The translations under genes were made by a program, and so were the position numbers. 64,000 nt of DNA from a phage: the NCBI GenBank assembly GCA_012441205.1, contig GCA_012441205.1_4705.1, one strand, 5' to 3'. Numbering within the stretch: position 1 is the first letter of the stretch; each line of letters begins with the position of its first letter. Positions 28,455 through 36,456 of this stretch are shown here, piece by piece. The notes beneath the pieces were generated by a model. It did no database searches, was not told the DNA's origin, and was given only the letters and a program-made list of their open reading frames with translations.

Positions 28455-28898
28455 TTAACACTGTGTTCCATTCGATAAGCGGGTGGTATCAAAACGATCC
28501 AGTTGGTGTACAATGCTATCAGCAACACGATGCAAATAGTGTATTTTGTCCATTCGTGAAATCGCAGAAATCGTCCAGCAAGCCTCTGACGTCCAATAGG
28601 TGCCGTCTTCACTAAGGCTAACGTTATAAACTAACTTCGTCATCACATTTCTCGCCTTATGCTCAGCAGACCAGAATATGTTTTCTAACACATCCTTCCC
28701 CGTTTGTGAAAACACGAACCCAAGCTTCACGTCGAAGTCGGATGCTTCAAGATTAACGCAGTGAAGATGATTCTCTAACGGCGCAAAAGAGGCTAAACGT
28801 TCCAGCGCATGTTGCAGTGTGGGATGATCGAGCTTTTCGAGATCATCCGCAGGTTGTTCAGGTACAATCGCGATCGATTTACAGAATTTAATTTCCAT
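28455..28898 (-). CDS. hypothetical small protein, paralog-like with 28014..28439
   Basis: 147 aa; similar N-terminus to neighbour. Confidence 0.5.
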   Translation of the reverse strand: MEIKFCKSIAIVPEQPADDLEKLDHPTLQHALERLASFAPLENHLHCVNLEASDFDVKLGFVFSQTGKDVLENIFWSAEHKARNVMTKLVYNVSLSEDGTYWTSEACWTISAISRMDKIHYLHRVADSIVHQLDRFDTTRLSNGTQC

Positions 28899-29010
28899 GG
28901 TAGGTTCCTCTTGATAGTGGTTGATGATAGTAACGGGGACGGCGATGTCCCCTTGGTTTCTTATTGCCCCGCCTGTACCCGATGGGGTACAGGCGGGTGA
29001 TGTTGATGCG

Positions 29011-29418
29011 TTATAGCGGCATCAGACGTTCTTTAAGTTGGGTTAACTTATTTGCAACGATGTTCTCAACGTCGATCATCTTGTTCATGTTGTCGAGGGT
29101 ATCCTGCCAGATGAAAATATCCACGGAACCGGTTCCGACTAACGCGTTCTCAGGACGATGGTCACGGGTCACGTAGCGTGGTCTCTGCGGGCAGGTTTGT
29201 AACTCGATCCAAAGCGCATCTAACGGACCACGGTCCGTGACACCTAAGGCGAAGAATTCACCTCGTACGACCAGAACATCATCAGCCGTCCTGACACGGG
29301 TTGATCCTTCGTACACCAATTCCATCTTTGCTCGACAGGCTGGGTTCTCGTTCCACGCCTGGACGGCATCGGCAAGGGCTATTGACGTTGCGGTGGTGTT
29401 CGTTTGATCATGTTGCAT
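29011..29418 (-). CDS. hypothetical small protein (putative early gene)
   Basis: 135-aa ORF. Confidence 0.5.
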   Translation of the reverse strand: MQHDQTNTTATSIALADAVQAWNENPACRAKMELVYEGSTRVRTADDVLVVRGEFFALGVTDRGPLDALWIELQTCPQRPRYVTRDHRPENALVGTGSVDIFIWQDTLDNMNKMIDVENIVANKLTQLKERLMPL

Positions 29419-29495
29419 TCTAAGCTCCTGTAACGCTCTCTAAGCGTCGTTTTAAGTTAAGGTATAGTTTCCCTTCTTTGGATTCGTTTATTGCG

Positions 29496-29771
29496 TTATA
29501 CGGCTTTTCTGTGCGCGTAGAACGCCTTCGTTCCGTTGTTGATTGCTTCAACCACATCCCGGGTTAACACAACGGCGTTATCGCTTCGAGACGACGGTGC
29601 GTAATACCCTTCACCGTTCTCGGTAATCAGGCGATAACGGACTAAGCCTATGCTCGGTTCAACACGTAGCACCTTCTCAAGTTTGTATTTGATGATCTTC
29701 GTCAGGCTAACCGTGTCTGACGCGTAGATCGCTTTATAAACTTTGTTCTTTGCTGTGGGTTTCATCAACAT
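29496..29771 (-). CDS. hypothetical small protein (putative early gene)
   Basis: 91-aa ORF. Confidence 0.45.
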   Translation of the reverse strand: MLMKPTAKNKVYKAIYASDTVSLTKIIKYKLEKVLRVEPSIGLVRYRLITENGEGYYAPSSRSDNAVVLTRDVVEAINNGTKAFYAHRKAV

Positions 29772-29811
29772 GATTTCTGTTGTATTTTCCTTTTCGCTTG
29801 TTGGTGTTGGA

Positions 29812-30111
29812 TTAATGTTTAGGTTCCGTTTTGTGTTGTGCGAGTAATGTGTTGATCTGCTCCCGTTGTTCTTTTAAGCATGCAGGAAGCTGGTCTTCCC
29901 GTACCGTTCCGATTTCCAACGTGATGTACCAACGTTGTTCGGAAGCCTGCCATTGAAAACTGCTCTGTAACCTCAGGATGCTAGGATCACGTACCTTGCT
30001 TGCACTGTAACGGTTGAACCAATCCAGGTATGCTGCTTTCCCTTCCTCGTCAGCGATGTAACGCTGCACGCTGTTCTTCCCTTTGTTCTCGTATCCCGTT
30101 GCACGTATCAT
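29812..30111 (-). CDS. hypothetical small protein (putative early gene)
   Basis: Track ORF 29812..30165; start MIRATGY at 30111 overlaps the upstream stop as ATGA. Confidence 0.45.
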   Translation of the reverse strand: MIRATGYENKGKNSVQRYIADEEGKAAYLDWFNRYSASKVRDPSILRLQSSFQWQASEQRWYITLEIGTVREDQLPACLKEQREQINTLLAQHKTEPKH

Positions 30112-30890
30112 GCGAACGTTTCTCCTGTAATGTGTTGCGGATGGCGTAGCATGGTAGCATCCCATTGTACGATCTGGCTTCGGCTTACCCGCATCATGAT
30201 GGATTCGTCATCAAGCCCCTGTTGCGCAACCGGCAACCAACGTTCCCCAAGCACCTTCGCTTCAACACGTTTCTTGCGTGGGTTGTAACGCACCTCGCTA
30301 ACCCAAGCGAATCCAAGCGGATGGACTACCCGTGGATAAAACATGCGAAGCAATTGATGCATCCGATCCGTTGCCTCCAATTTGCCATCCACCATGTAAG
30401 GTTTCACCATGGTAAGCTTTTTGGTGTAATACGTTCCAACGGTATGGTTACGCCAACTTGGCAAGGCATGATCCCCTTCTCTCAGTTTGCTATCCGAGTT
30501 CATTGACCAGACCTGCTGTTTACCGGCCAGCATCGCGTACTGCCGATCAACGCAACGAACCCGATCGGCGAACAATGGATCCAGGACATCATCCACCGCG
30601 CCCTTATTGCGATAACCGTGATGTACCACCAACCTGCTTGCGCTCATCGATGCGGGATGCTGGCTCTTATGCGCATACAGCCCTCCGTCACCGCGAGCGT
30701 CGTAAAGATAACCGCATGCGCCACGCCATATCACCTTGCCTACGGTTCTCTCGTCTTCAAGCAGCATCGTCGGCCCATCAAGCAAATTGGTGAACCACTG
30801 CACCTTCACGCATTCCGCTTGGACATGCTCAGGTAATGCCTGATACTCTTTTTGGGTGTATAAGGTATCAAAAATGATTTCTTCGTTCAT
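30108..30890 (-). CDS. hypothetical protein, first gene after the AT-rich control region
   Basis: 260-aa ORF; no motif recognised. Confidence 0.55.
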   Translation of the reverse strand: MNEEIIFDTLYTQKEYQALPEHVQAECVKVQWFTNLLDGPTMLLEDERTVGKVIWRGACGYLYDARGDGGLYAHKSQHPASMSASRLVVHHGYRNKGAVDDVLDPLFADRVRCVDRQYAMLAGKQQVWSMNSDSKLREGDHALPSWRNHTVGTYYTKKLTMVKPYMVDGKLEATDRMHQLLRMFYPRVVHPLGFAWVSEVRYNPRKKRVEAKVLGERWLPVAQQGLDDESIMMRVSRSQIVQWDATMLRHPQHITGETFA

Positions 30891-31717
30891 TTAAAAAGTT
30901 CCTCTGTTTCACGTTAATTAAACAACGTATTGATTTCTATTTGACAGAATACGAACATCGTACGTATCTATCACTTAGGTAACGCTTACGCGTCGCGTTC
31001 ATGATACCATGCATCATGAAGGTAATATAGCCGTGAAAGGATTTGTGTTAACGCAAGGGTTTTGTTTGTTTTTTAAGAAGGGATGGATTTAGAAGAGGTG
31101 TTTCAAGGAAGGTAAACGAGAATAGGTATTTTGATTTAAGTAAGATGTTATCTGTATCCGTTAGAAGTGTATTGTCTAAGTTATCTTGTTTATCTTAGGT
31201 TTAATCGTTTTTATCTTGGTATGTTTAAGTTGTTTTTATTTAACTGTTAAAATGCTTATCTTCAAAACAATGGATAACATGTGTTTACTACGCTCGTTGA
31301 GTTATAACTCAACGGTAACACATGTCATCTGTGCATTACACTACGTTACATGCTAGTTAAATCGGATAACTCAAAAAAACATTTGTGATACTCTTCTTCA
31401 CGTTGTTCATCAGAGTATCTCGTCTATACTCATTGCATTCGTATACGACATAACCGTTACACGCTAACGCTACGCTTATAGCTTGATAACTCTAAGGATA
31501 AAAACATAAACTCGCTTCGCTCGTTTAGTTTTTCTTTTTCTTAGAGTTATCCTGTTGCTCGTCTCTAAAGGACTTCGCTCCTCCCCCGTCCCCCGAAGGG
31601 GCCGAGGTCGTGGAAATTTTACTTTCCAAATACATTTACAACATCTGTAAACTTTTACTCCAGGTACTTAATCTTATCATTAGAAATTATAAAAGAGAAA
31701 ATAAACACAAACATAAA
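30891..31717. other. AT-rich ORF-free region with direct and inverted repeats (candidate origin / promoter cluster / ncRNA locus)
   Basis: About 830 bp with no ORF of 60 aa or more; five TTATCT(T/G) repeats (31150-31260), GGATAAC/GAGTTATC repeats, palindrome CGTTGAGTTATAACTCAACG; no tRNA-like T-loop seen. Confidence 0.5.
30976..31038 (-). promoter_or_regulatory. tandem promoter-like motifs (TTAGGTAACGCTTACGCGTC and GAAGGTAATATAGCCGTGAAA on + strand)
   Basis: Minus strand reads CACGGCTATATTACCTTC; 90-130 bp upstream of minus gene 30108..30890. Confidence 0.45.
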
Positions 31718-31750
31718 CCTTCCCCCGACCCGTAAGGGAAGGAGGAAGGG
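31718..31750. terminator. nested hairpin element downstream of minus-strand gene 31761..32654
   Basis: CCTTCCcccga-CCCgtaaGGG-aa-GGAGGAAGG. Confidence 0.55.
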
Positions 31751-31760
31751 AGAGATTAAA

Positions 31761-32654
31761 TTATTCGGAAACGTTATAACCGAATACTGCTTTACCGTAG
31801 GTGTGAGTACCGTCAGCTAACGACAGCACCAACACATGGTTGTATGTAGCGTTAACGCCTTTATCGGTAGACCCGGTGGTAGCACCGTTATAGACAAAGG
31901 TAGCTGTTTGCAGATTGGTTTTCAGTTCATTGATGATATCATCACTTACACCAGTCTGTTCTTTAATCAGGGTGGTCAGGTTACCCGCTAAGCCTGCATC
32001 GATCTTGGTATCGTTACTGGTAATAGCTTGTAAACCTGCGGTGTAAGTACTGAAGTCTAACGGATAGGTTAACAGACGTGCTGAGGTCTTGGTACCATCG
32101 CCTTCATCAACGTAGGTTAAGTTACCCAGATTGGTAACCTTGATGATGTTAGCCAGATCCAGCGTGGTGTTATAAACTTTAACTTGAACAGAGCCATACC
32201 ACGCCAACGAATCTTCTTTGGCTTCCAGGGTGATCGTCTGGATACCATGCTGGTCGAAGGTAACCGGCGTAGCTAACGTTTCGGCTTTGATGTCTTTCGC
32301 TTTATCCAGGAACTTCTCACCGGAAGGCGTGATCATACCGTAGCGTTGAGCTACAAGGTCAACCACATCACCGATGGTGGTGTTCGCCTCAACGTTAACA
32401 CGTACAGCGATCTTCTGGAACCACTTAGCCAGATCCAGACGATGGTAGGTGACATCTCGGTTATTGAAGTAAGGGGTACCTTCACCAGGACTAAGTGTTA
32501 AAGTTGCTTCTGGAGCAGAAGGATTCTTTTCTTTAAGGACGTATTTAAGGTCGGTATATTTAAAGCTGGCACCAGTGTCAGCGTTAAGCTGGTTGATCTC
32601 ATCAACGATAAGTTGCCAAGGTGTTTTTAAAGTAAGCGATACTTGAGCAGTCAT
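31761..32654 (-). CDS. YYDR-domain paralog family member (structural protein candidate)
   Basis: Internal start MTAQVSL with GAGGAAG SD; shares YHRLDL ... LAWYGSV ... GYNV motifs with 43714, 45536, 46398 and 32794 genes. Confidence 0.55.
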   Translation of the reverse strand: MTAQVSLTLKTPWQLIVDEINQLNADTGASFKYTDLKYVLKEKNPSAPEATLTLSPGEGTPYFNNRDVTYHRLDLAKWFQKIAVRVNVEANTTIGDVVDLVAQRYGMITPSGEKFLDKAKDIKAETLATPVTFDQHGIQTITLEAKEDSLAWYGSVQVKVYNTTLDLANIIKVTNLGNLTYVDEGDGTKTSARLLTYPLDFSTYTAGLQAITSNDTKIDAGLAGNLTTLIKEQTGVSDDIINELKTNLQTATFVYNGATTGSTDKGVNATYNHVLVLSLADGTHTYGKAVFGYNVSE

Positions 32655-32793
32655 TTTCTTCCTCGATAGTTGGTACATCACTCTCAAAAGATGTAAGTGT
32701 TTACAGAAATTAATATATTTTATATTAAATGTGAATATTATGGAGAACGACTCCGAATCTCCTTTTCGACCATCAAAATCAGAGGACACGAAC

Positions 32794-33339
32794 ATGTCTA
32801 CTTTAGACTTTAACAAAGCAGCGAAATCCCTTCTGCTTGATCTTATTAACACCAAAGCGACCCGCACATTGGCTGAAGAAGAACTGCAGTTCGGTACTCC
32901 GCAGGAATCTTCCGAACATGAAAAGAACACCGTTATTCAGCTGGACGCGGCGGCTGAAGCAGCTAACCTGCAGGGTACTCAGCAGTTCTACTACGATCGT
33001 CTGGCTCTGTCTGACGTTTTCGCTGATGTAACTGGTGATGTTACTTTCGAACTGCCGCACGGTACTGACAGCATTCAGGCTTCTGAGCTGGTAAGCAAGC
33101 TGGTCACCAAATTCGGTCTGGCTTCCCTGAATGGTGAAATCAGAGAAGAAACCTTCCAGCTGTCTGCCGGTACTGTTGATGAGGTAATTCTGAATGCGAT
33201 CGAGGGTGGCCTGGTATACACTGGTACTCTGCGAGTTGCCCTGACCTACGCACTGGCACCAAAAGACGAACTGGCAACCGTTCTGGCGAATAACGTAGCT
33301 GAAGGTTTCGAGAAACCGACCGTTAGCGTTGTTGGCTAA
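32794..33339 (+). CDS. abundant small virion protein candidate, minimal member of YYDR-domain family
   Basis: Strongly biased E. coli-like codon usage; FYYDRLAL ... FGLASL ... LVYTGTLRVAL matches the family domain; GAGGA before ATG at 32794. Confidence 0.6.
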   Translation: MSTLDFNKAAKSLLLDLINTKATRTLAEEELQFGTPQESSEHEKNTVIQLDAAAEAANLQGTQQFYYDRLALSDVFADVTGDVTFELPHGTDSIQASELVSKLVTKFGLASLNGEIREETFQLSAGTVDEVILNAIEGGLVYTGTLRVALTYALAPKDELATVLANNVAEGFEKPTVSVVG

Positions 33340-33632
33340 TAAGCACATAGAGCAATAGTATGGGTTTTGTACAGCTCGGCTATTGATCTTCTACAATTTG
33401 GTTGTAACAATCTGCGTGGTTGCACGCTTATCTTTCTCATTGAACGCTTCGTATGAAGCGTGGTGTTGAAAGGGTTGTGGATCTCCTCAAGCGGCCAGGG
33501 ACCCAGACCAACCTGAATAAACACAAACACATGTTAAGCCCCTCCTCATCCGTTATTGGGTGGGGGGGGTCTTATACGTCTTTATGCGTTCCGTTCGTTC
33601 TGGAGCGTTTTAGGACGGTTTATGATGGTGTT

Positions 33633-34268
33633 TTACTCAACACTGAACCCGTTCAAGATGATCGCTTCATAACGCTTACGTTCACGACGTTTGCGTGCCT
33701 GCCAACCGTAGATGAATTTCTCATCTTTCTCACGACGTTCCGCTAATTCGATGTAATAGGTGCTCTGCATGTCCAGCATCGCATCGATGAGATAATCCTT
33801 ACCGGTTGCACCACGCTTAGCGATGTAAGCGTCGAGCGCGCTTAACGTCGCAGGTCCCATCAAACCGTCGGCGTTGATATTCTTCCAGTACGTTTGTCGG
33901 TTGTTCATGACGTTCAGATAACGTTGGAGGTTCTTAACCGGGACGGTTTTGCCAGCATTGATACCCAGGTCAAAGAGACGGTCAGCTAAGAACACAGAAC
34001 GTTTCATGACTTCGTCAAGTTTCATCTTATCCCAGAAGTGGGTCTTGTAGATAAAGAACGCCATTTCCGTGGTAAGGTTACGCATGTTACCGTCCCAGCC
34101 GAATTTCGTTTTCAGCGTGGTTTTGTATTGATCGGCGAGTGTTTTCGTAATGCCGTGGTTCGTGATTCCACCCGAGTCATCGGGATCGTCGACGTAACCT
34201 GCTTCGATGCTGGTTTTATCGCGAATGATAAATTCGCACGTGAAATCTTTCTCAGTAATCTTAGCCAT
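33633..34268 (-). CDS. endolysin, GH108-type muramidase with C-terminal peptidoglycan-binding domain
   Basis: EAGYVDDPDDSGGITNHGIT matches the GH108 signature EGGYxxDPxDxGGxTxxGIT; Trp/Gly-rich C-terminal half is consistent with PG_binding_3. Confidence 0.75.
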   Translation of the reverse strand: MAKITEKDFTCEFIIRDKTSIEAGYVDDPDDSGGITNHGITKTLADQYKTTLKTKFGWDGNMRNLTTEMAFFIYKTHFWDKMKLDEVMKRSVFLADRLFDLGINAGKTVPVKNLQRYLNVMNNRQTYWKNINADGLMGPATLSALDAYIAKRGATGKDYLIDAMLDMQSTYYIELAERREKDEKFIYGWQARKRRERKRYEAIILNGFSVE

Positions 34269-34394
34269 TAGAACTCCTCGTTTAAATAACGATTTAGAGG
34301 AACAGGAAGGGTCTAGAACGCGATAAACGATTTAACCCAGGCAAACCCTAGATTAAACTTTTCGAAGCGTTACAACGCGTTCTAGAACGTTGAA

Positions 34395-36443
34395 TTAAAT
34401 ACCCTTGGTTCCCTTCACGTGATGTGCAATTTCTTCAACCATTGCACGCAGAGCACGAAGTTGTTGGTCATGTTCGTACCAACCACCCAACAGAACCCCG
34501 CTATACACCATGGTGTCAAGACTTAACAGCCCTTTATCTGATACGTTGATCATTTCCGGGAACTGTTCTTGAACACGCTGTGCGATAACACCGATCTTCT
34601 CGACATCAGGATCGTAGTTGTGACGGAAACGGGCAAGTCCGGTATACGCCATTTCACGTAAACGATCACTGAAAGATTCCGGATGATCTTTCAGATAACG
34701 AATGTCATGTTTACTACGTTCATCCGAGCGAATGTAAGCGTTAGGAACATCGATATTGCTGTTGAAGTACAGCGCACTACCACCGCCTGCAGAGTTCCCC
34801 CAATAGAAGCGTGTGATCTCACCGCCACCATTCTCCGTGATGATGACATGTTTACCTAAACGCGTACCGCCACTACCATCAACGAAGACCAGTTTGTTTC
34901 CGCTGTAAGAACCCCAGAACAAACGTGTATCGATGATGTGCGTTGCAGCGAGGCGGGCGTTACGTGGCGTAGAATACACGGTGTTAACATCTTGCTGCGC
35001 TTGCGCATCGGAAGCGATACCATAGTTCTGTACGTTACCTAACCCAACCTGCGCTTTCGTAACCGCGTGTGGGTTATCACGACGGTTAGCGTGAGCGTTA
35101 ACCAGATCACCCGCTAATTTCTGAATTGCCCAGTTGGTAGACTGTGGTGTCATGTAACGGTTAGTTGCAGAACCACCTTGCGCTTCAGCTTGGTTAGCGG
35201 TTGGATAGTTCTCAACGCTTCCCAAACCGACCTGCGCTTTGGTTACTCTGTGTGGGTTGTTCTTGTCAGCGATGTGCGCATTAAGCGGAACTAACGCAAA
35301 GGTCTCAATGGACGCTTTGGTTGTGTTCGGTGCCATTAATCGGTTAGCTGCAACACCGGCACGCGCTTCTTCTTCAGAAGCCATCGGATAGTCTTGCACA
35401 TTCCCTAACCCAACCTGCGCTTTGGTTACTCTGTGTGGGTTGTTGTAATCGGCTTTATGTGCATTAAGTGGAATCAATGCGAACTGTTCAATCGCTGCAA
35501 CAGTGCGTAGCGGCGTCATGAAACGGTTGTTCGCTGTTCCGGCTTTCGCCTCATCATCCGAAGCGGTCGGGAAGTTATCAACGTTCCCAAGGTTAACCTG
35601 TGCTTTGGTGACGCTATGCGGGTTGTCTCGACGGTTAGCGTGAGCGTCGACTAGATCGCCCGCCAGTTTAGCAATCGCCCATCCAACCGTTTGTGCTGTC
35701 ATGTAACGGTCTGGTGCGGTACCGGCTTCTGCCTCCGCCTTGTTGGCAGTAGGATAGTTCTGTACATTACCTAGTCCGACTTGGGCTTTTGTGGTTTCGT
35801 GCGGGTTATCGGTACGGTTAGCATGTGCGTAATGCAGATCGGTCAGATCTTTATCCGCTGCTTGCATGTCTTTGCGTAACTGATCGATTGCCGCCCAGAG
35901 ACGGTTATCGGATGCAGCATCACCGATAAGTATTGCGGCTTTCAGTGAATAGATCGCTAAGCAAAGATGTTCGGTACCGTAGATAGCACTAACGTGGTGG
36001 ATGTGTGGTTCAGGCGGATAAAGTTCCGGTTTGTTCTTGATGTCGTCCCAGTTGATCGGACGATCGTCAAGTTTGAGTTCTTCGATAGCCTGATACAACG
36101 CGTCAATAAGACTTACGTAAACACCACCGATGATACGATAGTCGTTAACTAACGTCCCCTCGATATCATCGTTGATGATGGCGATGGCTGCACAGATTTC
36201 TTTACCAGCGTAAAGCGTAGCGTCCTGATACAAGAAGATGGGTTTGTAATCCACGCCGCGTACCAGTGTCTTACCGGTAAGCTTTTCAGTGATGACCAGA
36301 CTTTCGGTGAAGAACGGTCCGCCATCAAGAGCGTAACATTTGTTCTCGGTTCGTGGAACGGTATGCTCTTCACCAACGATGTGGTTGCTATCGAGCGTGC
36401 CGGTCCAGTCCTCGGGGTACTTCAGGGTAATTGGTGTTGACAT
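34395..36443 (-). CDS. tail fibre protein with five ~45-aa fibre repeats and C-terminal intramolecular chaperone (S74-like) domain
   Basis: Five repeats of NRxDNPHxVTKAQVGLGNVxNY...NRYMT (about 35125-35835); C-terminal SDERSKHDI ... GVIAQRVQEQFPEM ... LRALRAMVEE resembles the autoproteolytic chaperone of endosialidase/T5 pb1-type fibres. Confidence 0.8.
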   Translation of the reverse strand: MSTPITLKYPEDWTGTLDSNHIVGEEHTVPRTENKCYALDGGPFFTESLVITEKLTGKTLVRGVDYKPIFLYQDATLYAGKEICAAIAIINDDIEGTLVNDYRIIGGVYVSLIDALYQAIEELKLDDRPINWDDIKNKPELYPPEPHIHHVSAIYGTEHLCLAIYSLKAAILIGDAASDNRLWAAIDQLRKDMQAADKDLTDLHYAHANRTDNPHETTKAQVGLGNVQNYPTANKAEAEAGTAPDRYMTAQTVGWAIAKLAGDLVDAHANRRDNPHSVTKAQVNLGNVDNFPTASDDEAKAGTANNRFMTPLRTVAAIEQFALIPLNAHKADYNNPHRVTKAQVGLGNVQDYPMASEEEARAGVAANRLMAPNTTKASIETFALVPLNAHIADKNNPHRVTKAQVGLGSVENYPTANQAEAQGGSATNRYMTPQSTNWAIQKLAGDLVNAHANRRDNPHAVTKAQVGLGNVQNYGIASDAQAQQDVNTVYSTPRNARLAATHIIDTRLFWGSYSGNKLVFVDGSGGTRLGKHVIITENGGGEITRFYWGNSAGGGSALYFNSNIDVPNAYIRSDERSKHDIRYLKDHPESFSDRLREMAYTGLARFRHNYDPDVEKIGVIAQRVQEQFPEMINVSDKGLLSLDTMVYSGVLLGGWYEHDQQLRALRAMVEEIAHHVKGTKGI

Positions 36444-36456
36444 AACCTGGAGGTCC

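Noticed and set aside
30891-31717. Possible tRNA genes in the AT-rich non-coding region
   Set aside because: No GTTCGAATC-like T-loop or D-loop signatures and no cloverleaf-compatible inverted repeats were found by eye; a tRNAscan run would be needed to exclude this fully.
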